This document shows positions 15,170-29,352 of a stretch of 64,000 nucleotides of DNA, one piece after another. Numbering within the stretch: the first letter of the stretch is position 1; every line of letters starts with the position of its first letter. This stretch comes from the human T2T-CHM13v2.0 reference genome, Homo sapiens. The position numbers and the translations under genes are program-made. The DNA lies in NCBI RefSeq assembly GCF_009914755.1, contig NC_060945.1. The stretch is one strand, 5' to 3'. A model generated the notes under the pieces. The model saw only the letters and a list, made by a program, of their open reading frames with translations. It did not search any database and was not told where the DNA came from.

Positions 15170-15775
15170 ACTCATAAGTTCAACAAATATGTACTGAACA
15201 CCTTTTCTACTTAGAAACTTGTCTAGCTGCTTCTAGATTACATCCATGACCCAAAACCACAAAGACACCTATCTGCATAAGGCTTGTATTCTAGCACTAC
15301 AAGCCACAGATAATTTTTGAAAATCAATTAATCAACCAATAATTGATAGGGTAAATTTATAACCTTGTTTTTCAAGCCTGATCTCAGGGTTAGAAGGTGG
15401 TAAGTGATAAGTATGAAGAAACAGAAGGCAGAACTAGAGACTCAGGAAAAGAGAGGTAAACTGCTGCTTTTCATTTAGAGTGGCCAGGGTGGTCCTGAGA
15501 AAACGCGAAGGAGGGGAGGGTGTGAGCCCCCATGCATTCATGAAGAATAGGCCTTCCAGCCTTGGCAACAGCTAGAACAAGGCCAGAGTGGACTGCGGGG
15601 GCTGCACGAGGAACAATGGGACCAAGAACAGCCAGGGAGGAGGGGTTACTGGAAAGGAGCGAAAGAAAGAACCAGGAGGTGAACCAGGAAAGGCTGGGGG
15701 TGGTAGAGCCTTGCAGGCCATGGCAGGAACCTGGGTGTTGACTCAGAGAGAAGTGGAGTCTCTCTAGCCGTCTTG
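15170..15775 (-). mobile_element. LINE-2 fragment (degenerate)
   Basis: ttcaacaaatatgtactgaacacc start and ccttgcaggccatggcaggaacctgggtgttgactc are typical reverse-strand L2 3' motifs. Confidence 0.55.
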
Positions 15776-16506
15776 GCTAAAAGCCCGGGAATTGTCTTCT
15801 TCTGTGTTGCACTAATATTTTCCATCTCATAAGGGTTCTGCAAAGAAAATTCTTTCTATCTTTAAAGTTTTATTATTTTCAAAACTAAATGTGATGAGAA
15901 TGCATATATTGCATATGCCATGTGTACACCAAAAGCCACACCTAATAAAATGTTACAGCCATCCTTTGTCCCACATGCAACGGGAACTTCCATTCATCAT
16001 CACATGCAGAAACTCTGGGAACTGAGAATCTGTACTTTTCATTCAGAGTCTGCAAGGGGTCACGGCCATTTTGAAAGGCTTTGACTCACACAGGAAATAC
16101 CTCACTGAGGCTCCCACCCACCCATCCACTAATAGGGCAGCCTTTAGGGAAACTGACTTGTGGCAACTGAAAGGAATAACGGCACCAAAGTATTCCCCTG
16201 CCCTGAAATCTCTGTTTACCTGTGGACCGGTGATGGGTGTGAGGCTGTAGGTTTTAACGAGCTCTGAATGGCAAATGGCAGACAATGGTGTCACTTCCTT
16301 TCTGCTTAGGAAGGAGACGTTTGGAAAAACTGTTCACTGCTGTGCTTGCCTATGGAGAACCTGGATTCCCAGAGCTCTATCTGGTAGAACGTGTCTCCAT
16401 ATTAATAAGCAGTGAATCCTCTTTTGCGGCTGAATTTTCCTCAAGGAAGCAGCATGGGCCTTATTACTGCCTTAAAACCCAATTTCAATATTCGATACAT
16501 AGTCTG

Positions 16507-16896
16507 TGTATTCATTTGCTAGGGTTGCCAAGACAATGTACCACGGACTGAGGGGCTTAAGCAACAGACATTTATTCTCTCATGGCTCTGGAAGCTGGAA
16601 GTCAGAGAGCAAAGTAGCAGCGGGGTTGATTCCTCCTGAGGACTCCCTCCTTAGCTTGTGGATGGTCATCTTCTCCCTGTCTCTTCATATCATCCTCCCT
16701 CTATGCATGCCTGTTTCTGAGTCCAAATTACCTCTTTTTATAAGGACATCAGTCCCACTGAATTAAGGACCACCCTAAGGGCCTCATTTTAATTGGATTA
16801 CCTCTGTAAAGGCCCTACCTCCAAATAAGGTCCCACTCTGAGGTCCTGGGGGTTAGGACTTCAACATAACTCAGGGAACACTATTCAACCCATACC
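16507..16896 (-). mobile_element. MLT1 (MaLR) solo LTR, MLT1B/C-like
   Basis: ggcttaagcaacagacatttattctctca...ggaagctggaagtc...ccaaataaggtc...gggggttaggacttcaacat is the reverse complement of the MLT1 LTR consensus. Confidence 0.88.
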
Positions 16897-17015
16897 ATCC
16901 TCCAGGAAGGCAGAGAATGTGTCCCTCTTCTTCACTGCTGTATCTCCCTGCCTAGCACAGTGCCAGGTACCACACTATGCTCTGTAGGTCAGTGATTCTC
17001 CTGAGCTCTGTAGGT

Positions 17016-17878
<863 letters not shown>

Positions 17879-20005
17879 CCGTCGAGGTTTTAAGCTTGGC
17901 TAGGACACAGTCTGTACTTACTGAAGTAACCCACAGTATGACAGTAATAAGACACTTTATGAAGAACATATTTTCAGTAGCTAAGTGTCATAGAAAAGGA
18001 AGCTTGTTAGCCATTTCCTCAAGTTGACAACAGAGAGTCCTTAGGAAAATAATTTTTTAAAGCCAATATTGAGCCTTCCAAGACTGCACATGGTGATATG
18101 TTAAATTTGGAATTTATGCAACTTAAAAAACTGAGAGTCGGGGGTTGGCATTTTTGTGCATCCTAACTGACGAGTGCTGCCCCAGGGCTCTCTAACACTG
18201 CACACAGTCTACTAAAGAAGCAGGCTGCCCATCATGACCCCCACCCATCAGCTACACAGCACACATCTGCTTCTAGATGAACCTTCTTGCAAGTGGCCTG
18301 TCTTATGGCAAAATCAAGGGGCAGGCCTGTAAAGCGGACCAGGAAATGAGCAGCAACTGCATACCACCAACCTGTTGCCAAGCTAACTGTGCTTTTCTGG
18401 ATCAGAGGCAGCTTGAGACACTGGTCCCTGGGGCTGAGGGACTGCAGAGCCCGGGCACAGACTCCCTGCCTATCTCCCAGTGTGTCCATCTTGGTACACC
18501 TGGTGCATCTCTGGATTGGCAAGTGGCACTCCCCAATTAATGTTAAGGGCCACTTGTTTTAAATATAACCAGATTATTTTAATTTTTAAATGTGTATCCC
18601 ATACTTGGACACTGAAAGGTCCTCCCTGTTTACCTGCTTGCTGGGGTCTGTGCTTGGGTGTCTCATTTTATTATAAAACAGAGTCTCAAAGGCATTTAAT
18701 ACTAAGATCAAGTGGCTGGGCATCCATCATGTGCAGAGCAGGAGCCTGATGGTGGTGAAGGCTCATTCTGCATGTGGTTGACTCTAGGAACTACTCTAAC
18801 AGAGGGGAAGAAATACACTGGGAGAAAGGAGCAGGAGATTCGTCAGGGCTGGGGGAATACTGGCTCCATGAGGGCAGAGACTTTTTTCTATTTTTTCTCT
18901 TTTTCAGAGCCTGTAAGTGTCCACATATCATGCACATGCAGTGCGTATTTGTTGCATGAGCTCCTGGTATGCAGGTGCCAAATGTCATGCTAAGTGTGTC
19001 GACTGGATGACAGAAGAAGGAAGGAGGGATTAAAGGAACTGGTGTGCACTGGCCTGAGCCTTGAAGAATGGGGTGTACTGGGTAAATCAAAATGGTGGGG
19101 AGCATTTCCAGATGGAGAAACTGCAAGGAAAAGCATAGAAGTGGGGCCACCCCTCGTGAGCTGGGGAGGGCCCAGGGTATGTGTGCTGGTTGGGGGGAAG
19201 CTGAAACTGAGGAAATTCCCATTGGATCCATAGCCTGGTTCTGGTTTCCACAGGCCTGGGATGCCCCGTCCAGAGTTTGACTTTCAGTCTGCACGTAATC
19301 CAGGCTTTGTATTCCCACTTCCCGTATCCCCTCACTCCTTTTTCACACACCCTTTTTATCTATGATGCTACTGGGGTCATGGGTTAAGAAGTCCTGTCGT
19401 CTAAGCAGCAAGGGTGCATCAAAGCAGGATTTTCTCCATTGATTCCAAGGTGTGATTCAGAAATGGTAAAAACTCCGAACACTAGGATGAGCACTGGGGA
19501 TGGGTTCATGTTTTTTTTTTATGAAATAATTCAGAACTTATTAAGAATTCCCTTGGCAAACCAAATTAAATATTAAACAACTATTTGTTAATATGTTACT
19601 ATTGGATTCTATCTTAGAAAAGTGTAATTATGTGTAACTGAACTTTTTGTTTTCTTGTGGTTGAACCCTGAATTACCATGCCTTCTGGTTTCCGTGTTTT
19701 TCCTGGGGAATAGGTCATATTTCTTACTTCCAAAGCCCAGAAATAAAAGCCTCACACATCCATCCGTAGTCCCAAAGGCTTTTCTGCCTAGTACCCAGAG
19801 AGTAACAGCAGTGCTTCAAACTATTTGTGGACAAGAAGTCCTAAAACATCAGACACACTGTGGAAAGCAATTTCATTTCATTAATACAATTCATAATTAA
19901 CTGCATTTATTTTATTGTCTAAATTCCAACTGCTAACCTATCATATCGACGAATTCTTTGAAGTTGCCTTTATTCTACAGGATATGTTCATTTTTAGATA
20001 ATGCT

Positions 20006-20418
20006 ATTTTTCATATACTTTAAGTTCTGGGGTACATGTGCAGAACATGCAGGTTTGTTACATAGTTATATACGTGCCATGGTAGTTTGCTGCACCCATC
20101 AACCCATCATCTACATTAGGTATTTCTCCTAATGCTATCCCTCACCTACCCTCCTACCCCCCGAGAGGCCCTGGTGTGTGATGTTCCCCTCCTTGTGTCC
20201 ATGTATTCTCTTGATCATCTCCCACTTATTAGTGAGAACATGTGGTGTTTGGTTTTCTGTTCCTGTGTTAGTTTGCTGAGAATGATGGTTTCCAGCATCA
20301 TCCATGTCCCTGCAAAGGACATGAACTCATCCTTTTTTATGGCTGCATGGTATTCCATGGTGTATATGTGCCACATTTTCTTTATCCAGTCTATTGTTGA
20401 TGAGCATTTGAGTTGGTT
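20006..20418 (-). mobile_element. L1PA 3' end fragment
   Basis: tatactttaagttctggggtacatgtgcagaac...gtgagaacatgtggtgtttggttttctgttcc...aaaggacatgaactcatcc is the reverse of the L1PA 3' UTR. Confidence 0.93.
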
Positions 20419-20714
20419 CTGGGTTCATGTTTTAAAATCTCAATTTGCTCCCTAGTCCTAGGAATGATCTTCTCCACCTCCAAGGAATGCAAGCCCCAGT
20501 GCAACATGGATTCTTCCTCTGTAAGAGGCTAGACTCCAAATAATTTGTCCTGTTTTTGCCTGTGGGATGTTACAAGTGTACCCTGCTGTCTGTAATTGTG
20601 TTTCTGAAGTGTTCTATGTAAGTAGGTTTTTGTTAGTTGAATTGTACTTTAAATGTGCCAATCAAGTTCCCCATGAAAAGAGATGGGCACAGAGACTTTT
20701 TGAAAAATTAAGCA

Positions 20715-21175
20715 TCCCAAGAGAAAAGCCGATCTGAAAAGACTACATATTATATGATTCCAATTATATGACATTCTGGAAAAGGCAAGACTACAGAGAT
20801 ACTGAAAGATCAGTGTTTGCCAAAGATTAGAGGGAGGGAGGGGTGAACAGGTGGAGCACTGAGGGTTTTTAGGGCAGTGAAACTATTCCGTATAAACCTA
20901 TAATGTTGGATACATGTAAATATACATTTGTCCAAACCCACAGAATGTCCAGCACCACAAATGAACGCTAATGTAAACTACAGGCACTGGGTGATAATGA
21001 CCTGTCAATATAGGTTCATCAACTGTAGCAAATGCACTCCGATGGGGAATGTTGATAATGTGGGCAAGGCTACGCAAGTGTAGGGGCAGCAGGTGTATGG
21101 AAATCACTCTATCTTCCTCTCGGGTTTGCTGCGTACTAAAATTGCTCTGAGAAATAAAGTCTATTTTTTAAAAAA
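20715..21175 (+). mobile_element. L1M (L1MC-like) 3' UTR fragment
   Basis: tatgattccaattatatgacattctggaaaaggcaagactacagag...catttgtccaaacccacagaatgt...aaataaagtctatt. Confidence 0.85.
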
Positions 21176-21731
21176 TGAAGTATTCCAATTAATTTATAAG
21201 TTTTGCCACACGTGCAATGACGGCCCTAACCACTTTACTTTGGTTCTCCGATACTGAATATGTCACTGTGAATATCTCATCCTCCTTGATCCCATCCCCA
21301 TCAAAACTAGAGATTGAAATAAGGAGATGAGATGGCCCTCCCTGACCGCCTTGTGCCTTTCAGAGGAGGTGCCTGGGCTGGAATGGGGAGGAGCTAAGGA
21401 CTCCTGTGGGATTCTGATGCTGGGTGTGAAACTGTCTGCAGTTAGCACGGTGTTGGAGAGATGAGTGCTAGACTTTGTATTTCTGGGGACTAGTGATAAA
21501 TGCTCATTATTATTTATATAATTTTAAAGCTACGTTTAAATTTGACCCCAGTACTAGAGACTTTAATGTTATATTGAAATAATACATAATAGGCTGCAAA
21601 TAGTTATATTCTTGTCTTGTTGTTGTCCATGTATCAGCATTCTTGTATGAATGAAACTAGAACCAAGAAGAAAATCCATCACTACAATAATGGTCCATAC
21701 ATTAAAACAGTTTAGGCTGTCTGATGGTCTG

Positions 21732-21734
<3 letters not shown>

Positions 21735-21779
<45 letters not shown>

Positions 21780-21828
21780 TATAGATATGTATGATATATA
21801 TGATGTATATATGATTTATATATATATA
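21735..21828. repeat. Perfect (GT)n microsatellite of about 22 units followed by a TA-rich tract
   Basis: Direct reading. Confidence 0.95.
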
Positions 21829-24137
21829 AATCATCTCATCTTGCTCAAAACAATATCACTCTTATTTAGGTAGGCACACTGGAATATGATTTTAATTAAT
21901 TGAAAAGTACAGTTTGTTTCACATTTGCAGGAGTGGTTTAATTCCTACACAGTGTACTAAGATGGCCTCTCGTGGGCTCATGATCCTGGAAGATATACTC
22001 CCAAAGTGAGGGGGGGTCTATGTTGGAAGCAAAAATAAAAGGAATTTAAAGAATGACAGGTCTGGGAAATTATTCTTATGGATGGTCAGTTCTCCATATG
22101 ATAAAATAGTTATGACAAACCAAACAGGCACAGTCTCATGTATGCACTGATTTGCATGAACCAACTTTACAGATAATTGATTCAGTTGGTTGGAACTACA
22201 GTTTCTTCCAAATGTGGACAACTTACAACAGGGTGGGAGCCCCAAACTGTGAAGTCATGTGAGGTCATATACAAACTGAAAAACAGGGTTTCTCTACTGG
22301 AATGATAATCCTACCATGTTACACTTTTCCCCAAAATGAAATCCAACATCTTTCACCTGGCGTAAGAAGCCCAACATGTTCTGGCCCCTAGAAACCCTTA
22401 CATCCTGCAAAGAGGGACTAGAGCTTGTTACTCTTATTAGCTACTCTTAAAGTCACAGAGGTAGTTAATTTGGCAAGGAGTGGCTACAAATTCAAGACAT
22501 GTTTGGATGTGCTGAGAATCAGAATCCAATCTCGGCCCTCAAGTCATGGGTTAAAGACTTGGTTTTTTATCTATATGAGGTCCTACCTTGTAGTTCAAGC
22601 AGAAACATCCAACAAATGAAAGCAGAAACAACATTTGACAGCTCAAATTCAAAAGCAAGAGGCTTGTCAATGCAAAAGTCTTGTGCTGCAAATGTTTCAA
22701 GGGAAGTATCCATACTCTGAAGTGTGCAATTGAAAGAATGACCTGATATTCTTGCACTGTTGCCTCCCTCCTCCTAGCTAGCTCCGGATCTTTTATGCAT
22801 CATATAGTACATCTTCCCAAAAAAGCAGGTGGAAACCAAAGTGTGCAAAAACACACATTTTCCAAGAACAAATGCATTATACTAGCAAGTTATGTGTGGT
22901 GGGGCTAGGTGCTTCTGCGGGTGTGGAGGAGGAGGAGAGAAAGAAGGGTCAGGAGGAAGTGTGTTGGGTACAGAGACATGGAAATAAGAAACAGGAACCC
23001 TGAAAGACACACCCGCGGAGGTTCTGTAACTGTACATGTGCTCTTGTTAAATCGCCAGTTTCAGAGGACTCAGATCTGAGGCCATATAGAAATCTATTAA
23101 TTTGCATCTTGACTTTGGGGCTTCCAGTAACAGTAAGTATTTGTATTTCAGGATCCACTCAGCAGAAAGGCCATACATATTCAAGTCACATAATAAATTG
23201 GTGAATTCCAAGTGAATTGTGAATACCAAAAAAGAAAACTGATTATGTGACTTTCTGGAATATGATGTAGAAATTGACCTAACAAAATGTATATGCACAC
23301 TTACGGCATGTGTGCATGAGGGTGTCATTTATGTACACAGGTCATGTGCACATCCAACTCATGGCCATGCATGCTGTAGCCTGTTACCCATTCTGGGAGA
23401 TATGTAAGCCTTTGTCTTTCTCCCTCCAGCTTCCTGCCTTCTTAAAACATTTCACTGGTCATCAACCAATGATTGAAGCTGGGTGCAGAAAAGGAGAAAA
23501 GGTGAAAACTCCTCTTAGTCCACAAGGTGACGTGTTAGTGCTTCAAGTGAAAGGGCTGTGGTGGAGAGCCAGAGAAAGCCCTTAGGTGGAATGAGACTGT
23601 GGTTCCTATAGGTCGGCACCTTCCTCCCCACCCGGCAGGTCAGCTCATCAATTGCACTTATCTCCCAGCTGCCACAGCCTGTCTCACTCCTTTCTCTCTC
23701 CTGTTGGGCTGCTACCAGGCCTGGTAAACTATTCCGTAGCTCTGTGCAATAGAAAATAGATATGTATTTCTCTGAATATAGAGAGGGAAATTGGAGTTCA
23801 CATGGAATGCATACTGTAAACTTATTTGTTTTCTGAAAGCAAAAATTAAACTTGAAAGGAGCAAAGCTTTTCAAATTTCCCATAGTGCTGGCCTCAAATC
23901 CTAAAGATTTTTTTCCTTGACAAGAATCATGGGATGAATTGGAAGATCTGGATGCTCCATTCACCACAGTTGATGATGCTAAAACCCATGTGACAGCAGA
24001 GGAAAGAATTGAACATTCTAAAGTCCCCTCTGGCAACTGGAATGCCAGGGGAGCCTTCACCATATACCTCATCAAGCCACCCCAACAAACCTGCCATGTC
24101 GGTGAAAAGACCATGCTCACTATGAAAATGTGGCTTC

Positions 24138-24457
<320 letters not shown>

Positions 24458-25524
24458 CTAGCCCTTTGTCCAAAAAAAAACCATAGCCCCCGAGACCCCT
24501 GATGGCCTTGACATGCCACTGGGGGTCCCCTTATCTATTTACATTATAGAAGGGCTTCTAAGAAGAATGGTTTCAGTCAGAGAATCCAAGCAACTTATGC
24601 TAAAGTCCAGCCTCATCCTCAGAACTCTGGGCATGCTTGTTTTTAATGCCATGTCTATCCATCTGTGACTCATTAACGCACTTAGCAAACACTGAGTGAC
24701 TGACTAGTCTATCTCTCCCCGTGATAAAATTTAAACGCCTCTTACAAGACATGAGTAGTCTACCTACCTGTTACTTGTATGCCATTACCTGAAAAATTCC
24801 CATCTGTTTGGATGCAAACTTCACAGAAACTCTGCCACAAATGCTCACGAACACCATCACATGGGCTGGGCTCTAGTGCTTTGGAATATCCTGCTTTCTT
24901 AGAAAAATCGATGAGTACATATAAATATAATTAGCTGCACCTTGATTCCTGCGGAATCATTGTATTAACTGCTTTGGGCTATTCTCCTTCTTTCCTTTCA
25001 GGCAATATTAATTTGTAACAAACACATTTTATGATATAATAAATTATCTTTCATTTTTTACTATCAAATACATGGAGAAGTAAAAAAACAAAAAACCCAG
25101 AACTTCTAGGCAGCTCTTAAACAAGTCTTGCTGTTACTTGGAAAAGTAACAAATTCACAGGTTTATTGTCTATGTTAATAAAGCTGTGTTGGAGTAGTCA
25201 TTATAACCTTTTACATTCCCTCCTGTTTACAGCTCACAGAATATGTTTACACATGTGATCTCATTCAGTTGTAACATGATCTGCATAAATTATGGGTATT
25301 AACACTTGCCATATTTATTACAACGATTTCCCCAGCAATTTGTCTTCTTAATTGTATAATCTATATTGCAAACAGATGTCTGCAGTTTGTATATGCAGCT
25401 ATGTACTCCTATGGTTTATGCATCTACCTCAGGCCATTAAACTGTAAGCTCCTGGAGGGCAGGGATGTATCTGATTCATTTCTGTATCTCCGGAACCCAC
25501 TGCACAGCTGCTGAATGGATACAC

Positions 25525-25680
25525 ATCTAGTTACTTAACCTCTGTGTCCTTCAGTTTCCTCATCTGTGAAATGGCTATAATGATTGCAGGAACCTGTCTT
25601 CTCTGTCCCAATTGTATTAAGCAAAACACTTAATACAATGTCTAGCATATAATAAGCACTCTATGAGTGTTTTCTATTAT
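25525..25680 (+). mobile_element. MIR fragment followed by (TAT)n
   Basis: agttacttaacctctgtgtccttcagtttcctcatctgtgaaatgg is the MIR core. Confidence 0.8.
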
Positions 25681-26639
25681 TATTATTATTATTATTGTTA
25701 TAATTATCTGGAGTTAATTGAATTAAAGTTCAAAAAGATGACCTAACTCATTTGGGGGAAGGTGATGAATAAACGGCAGAAAGAAAGGAATATCAGGGAT
25801 CTTATATGCTGATCCTAGCTTTGTCTAATCTGCCAAGCTAAGTCGTAAGATTTTTCTCTTTTCAAAATACTTCTGTTAAGCTAGTAAAAATTATTTACTT
25901 GTAAAGATTCCATGTGCTGCTTTTTCTGTCATAATTGCATTTACCTTACCAAATACATATTGACCATCTACACAGTGGATAGCAGAGGGGCCACAGAAAT
26001 GAGTAAAGTCTAGTTCACTCTGCACTGGTATCTCTTTTCTTCCATATTTACATTTTATAATTACATTTGTCAAACTGCTTCACAGGCGAAGTCCTGGACC
26101 AGGAACCAAATAAAATTGACCCAGCTTTCCGACCATGGAAAACTAAAAGTATAATCAACTTTGGCACCATTAAATTCTGTTTCATTTATTTTTTCCAAGA
26201 GTCTATTAACATTGTCATACAGAAGTAGAAGATTTAATTGAGTGTGTGCATTTTGAGTTGAAAGCAGATACTAACAAGAAAAGCTAACCTGGAAGACATC
26301 TTGTAAACTGTTTCATCAGACTGGACCAGGAGCCAGGGGAGGGTCGAGGTGACTCAGGGCTGTTGGCAAAGCTGCAGAAATTGCCACTGGGTTTCTCTGT
26401 CCTCTAGGCAACCTAGGCTGCATTGGCTCTCTGGCCTATTATTCATTACGGTTTAGTTCACCACAGAGGTTGCCAGTGAGCAGTGCATAAGATTAGAGAT
26501 TTTGTAAAAACATGTTAATTTGTATGAAGACGAAAATTGGACTATGGAGTTTAGTGATAAAAATAGATAAACAGTTCTGTCATTTGATTTAAATATTAAA
26601 ATAAGACAAGACAAAGCTTTTAAGGAAATGACCACTTCT

Positions 26640-26840
26640 TGGTTCTCAACTAGAGGCAATGCCTCTTCTGTCCTGAGCAGATGGGTGTTTGGGAATACGT
26701 GGGGTGACTTGGGTTGCTGTGATAATGCAGGGGTTCTCTGGCAATCAGAGGGAGAGGGAGGGGCACCTTCAAACTGTGGTCCAGATCTACACAATCAGGA
26801 AAGGCTGTTCACCTAAAATTCAACCTTCTGTTGAGAAGAG
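26640..26840. mobile_element. MER20/MER5-like hAT fossil (degenerate)
   Basis: ggttctcaac start and gttgagaa end form degenerate terminal inverted repeats. Confidence 0.45.
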
Positions 26841-27596
26841 CAACACTTACGGAGCTCATCAAAGAACGACAAACCACTGGAATAGTTCTTGAGACCAAAG
26901 TCTCATTCACTCTGGGACATATCCAGTTACATAAATCATTTATGTTTTATCCCGTCTCTACTTTCCCAAGAAACCCTGCCACACATTCATAGTGAATATC
27001 AAACCTAATTAAAGATCCTAAGCAGCTGAGAAAATTACTCAATGACCAAACTATAATTAGTCTTCTACAAGGGAGAAAATGTATTCAAATCATTGCTTAA
27101 TTTTGTTTCATTTCCTCTTACCTGCACTTGACCATTAAGATCAAAAGTCTGAGAATTTGTGGCCAAAAAAAATGAACATGAGTCAAAGTCACATCTATTT
27201 GTTAATAATGGAAAGTAATTCCTTTTCTAATTACACGTGAAAATACTAGTATCCAACAAACCTATTTGTGGAAAATACGGTTTAGATTGGGAAGGTTAAT
27301 TACTTTCAGGTTTTTCAATGTCCAAAACACACCTCAGAACTAACAGGCTCAGACAAGATCTTTATGAGATCACTGGATCCTCCCTCCAAAAGCTTCCCCC
27401 TCCCCTGTTGATCTCTATTCCATATGCTGCTTCATTTGATCGTATAGCGTGTATGATGAGCCTGAATGCGGGCATTTGTTGATTTGAGTATTACCTGAAA
27501 CAAAAGATACACCAGAATGTAAAACCCAGGAGGGCAGAGACTGTTTTCCCAGAACCTAGAACAACTCCTGGCACATACCAGATGTAAAATCATTGT

Positions 27597-27643
27597 AGAA
27601 AGAAAGAAAGAAAGAATGAAAGAAAGGAAGGAAGGAAGGAAGG
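27597..27643 (+). repeat. (GAAA)n/(GGAA)4 microsatellite at an L2-like 3' tail
   Basis: agaaagaaagaaagaatgaaagaaaggaaggaaggaaggaagg, preceded by the L2-like cctagaacaactcctggcacata. Confidence 0.85.
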
Positions 27644-29196
27644 CATGAAACGGTGCACTATTATTGTATGCCACCTTAAGTCACTCATAGAAAATACTGC
27701 ATGCCAGCACTCTATGCAATGGGTGTTACACTAGCCATTATGTAAAGTCAATGACGGGATTATACGCTGGGCACTTTATAATTTAATAAACACCCTTCAA
27801 TTACCGTCTCATTTGCTCCTCCATGCCACTCCACATAGTATACGGGACATATTTTAGGATCACCAGTTTAGAGATAAAGACAGAGGTTGTGTCCCCAAAG
27901 TTTGCTTGCGAGTGTGGTATTTGTAACTTCTAAAACTCTAACTCTCCCCTGAAAACACGTCCTAAGAGTGGTGAGGCTCCCACGTGAGGTGGCAATATTG
28001 GTTACCCCCGCTGAGCTCATCACATTGCGCAGGCCTCCACAGGGCAGCTACACTCTACGATAAGGAACATGAAGCCCTGAGAGTCAGGAGGGAGAAAAAA
28101 GAAAATGAACGTTTGGAAAAGGGCATTCCCAAATCACAGGAGAAGGGGAAGAAACGTGTCTCAGCTACTAAGTTTCTCTTTTCCATGACGCTCAAAGCAG
28201 AAAATGGCTGCACGTGGGCAATTCGTGCGCTTGGAGCTCAGACCTGCAGTCTTGTCGTTTGTCTGCCCTGTCTTGGTGCATGCTGGGCCTGACTTTTTTA
28301 TTTTTCCATTTCAAGGAGCCCCAGCAGGGCCTGGAGGAAATGAGTTTTGCAGCCCATCTCGGCCCTTGAGCTTGGCTCCTCGGCTGACCTCGGCTCCCCG
28401 CCTGCAGACCCGGCATGAGGCAGGCAGCAGGCACTGCGGGGCAGAACTTCCGGGACCTGCAAGACCAGTCCGCTGCCTTCTGAGACGTAGTTCTGAGGTG
28501 TAGCAAGTTTTCATTTTCACAGCATAAAACCGTCTACAAATACATACTTCAAAATGAAATGGAGGATGCGCTCAAAAAAAAAAAAAAAAAAGGCTTAGAG
28601 ACACGTCAAAAGGGCACAGGAGCTCAGCCAGGTCAAATAAATTCCCAAATTTGACTCACATCACTTCAGCCTCATCTGGATATTACCCACACTCTGCCTA
28701 GGCAGGCGAAGCTTCCGTGGGATCCTCTATCTTTAGTGAATTCTTTCCTTTATCTTGTCCAGCTTTTCATTGCTCTTTCAGAAACTGAGCCCATGGTTTT
28801 AAATCTTAATATGACCTTGCATTCAATTATATATATACATATATATATATATACAAAGCTGTTTTTTAAAGACAATTTTAAATAAGAAAAAAATAATTAT
28901 TTTAGATACCAGAGAGTGGTGAAATAATAATGATTCAAACTTAATCCTCACTTCACGTAGGGGAAATTGACTCAAATCTGGGAGCATCAAAAATTAAGAT
29001 GCATTTACAAATCCTAGGAGAAGATATCCTTTGTAATCTCAGAGAAAATAATTGAGAGAGGGAAAATTTTTTTTGAAAGACGTGGTTTGGACATATTACT
29101 ATTTTGTGAAATGAAGTTAAATGTATGGTACAGATATTAAAGTTCACTTAAGTTTTATCTATATAAAGTGTGTGATTTTGGATCTAAACAGGCATA

Positions 29197-29352
29197 AATA
29201 TATATATGTGTGTGTGTGTATGTGTACATGTTTGCGTACGTATGCATGTGTATGTGTACATGTTTGCGTATGTATGCATGTGTATGTGTGAGCGTATGTG
29301 TGTGTAAGTGTTGTATATGTGTGTATGTGTGTGTATATGTATGTGTGTATAT
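29197..29352. repeat. Degenerate (TG/TA)n tract
   Basis: Direct reading; includes repeated tgtacatgtttgcgta units. Confidence 0.9.

Noticed and set aside
18791-19318. 175-aa ORF
   Set aside because: No recognisable homology or coding-like composition; overlapped by ORFs in several frames.
23515-24120. 201-aa ORF on the ERG strand
   Set aside because: No recognisable domain, non-ATG start, no clear splice signals; plausible by chance in 64 kb.
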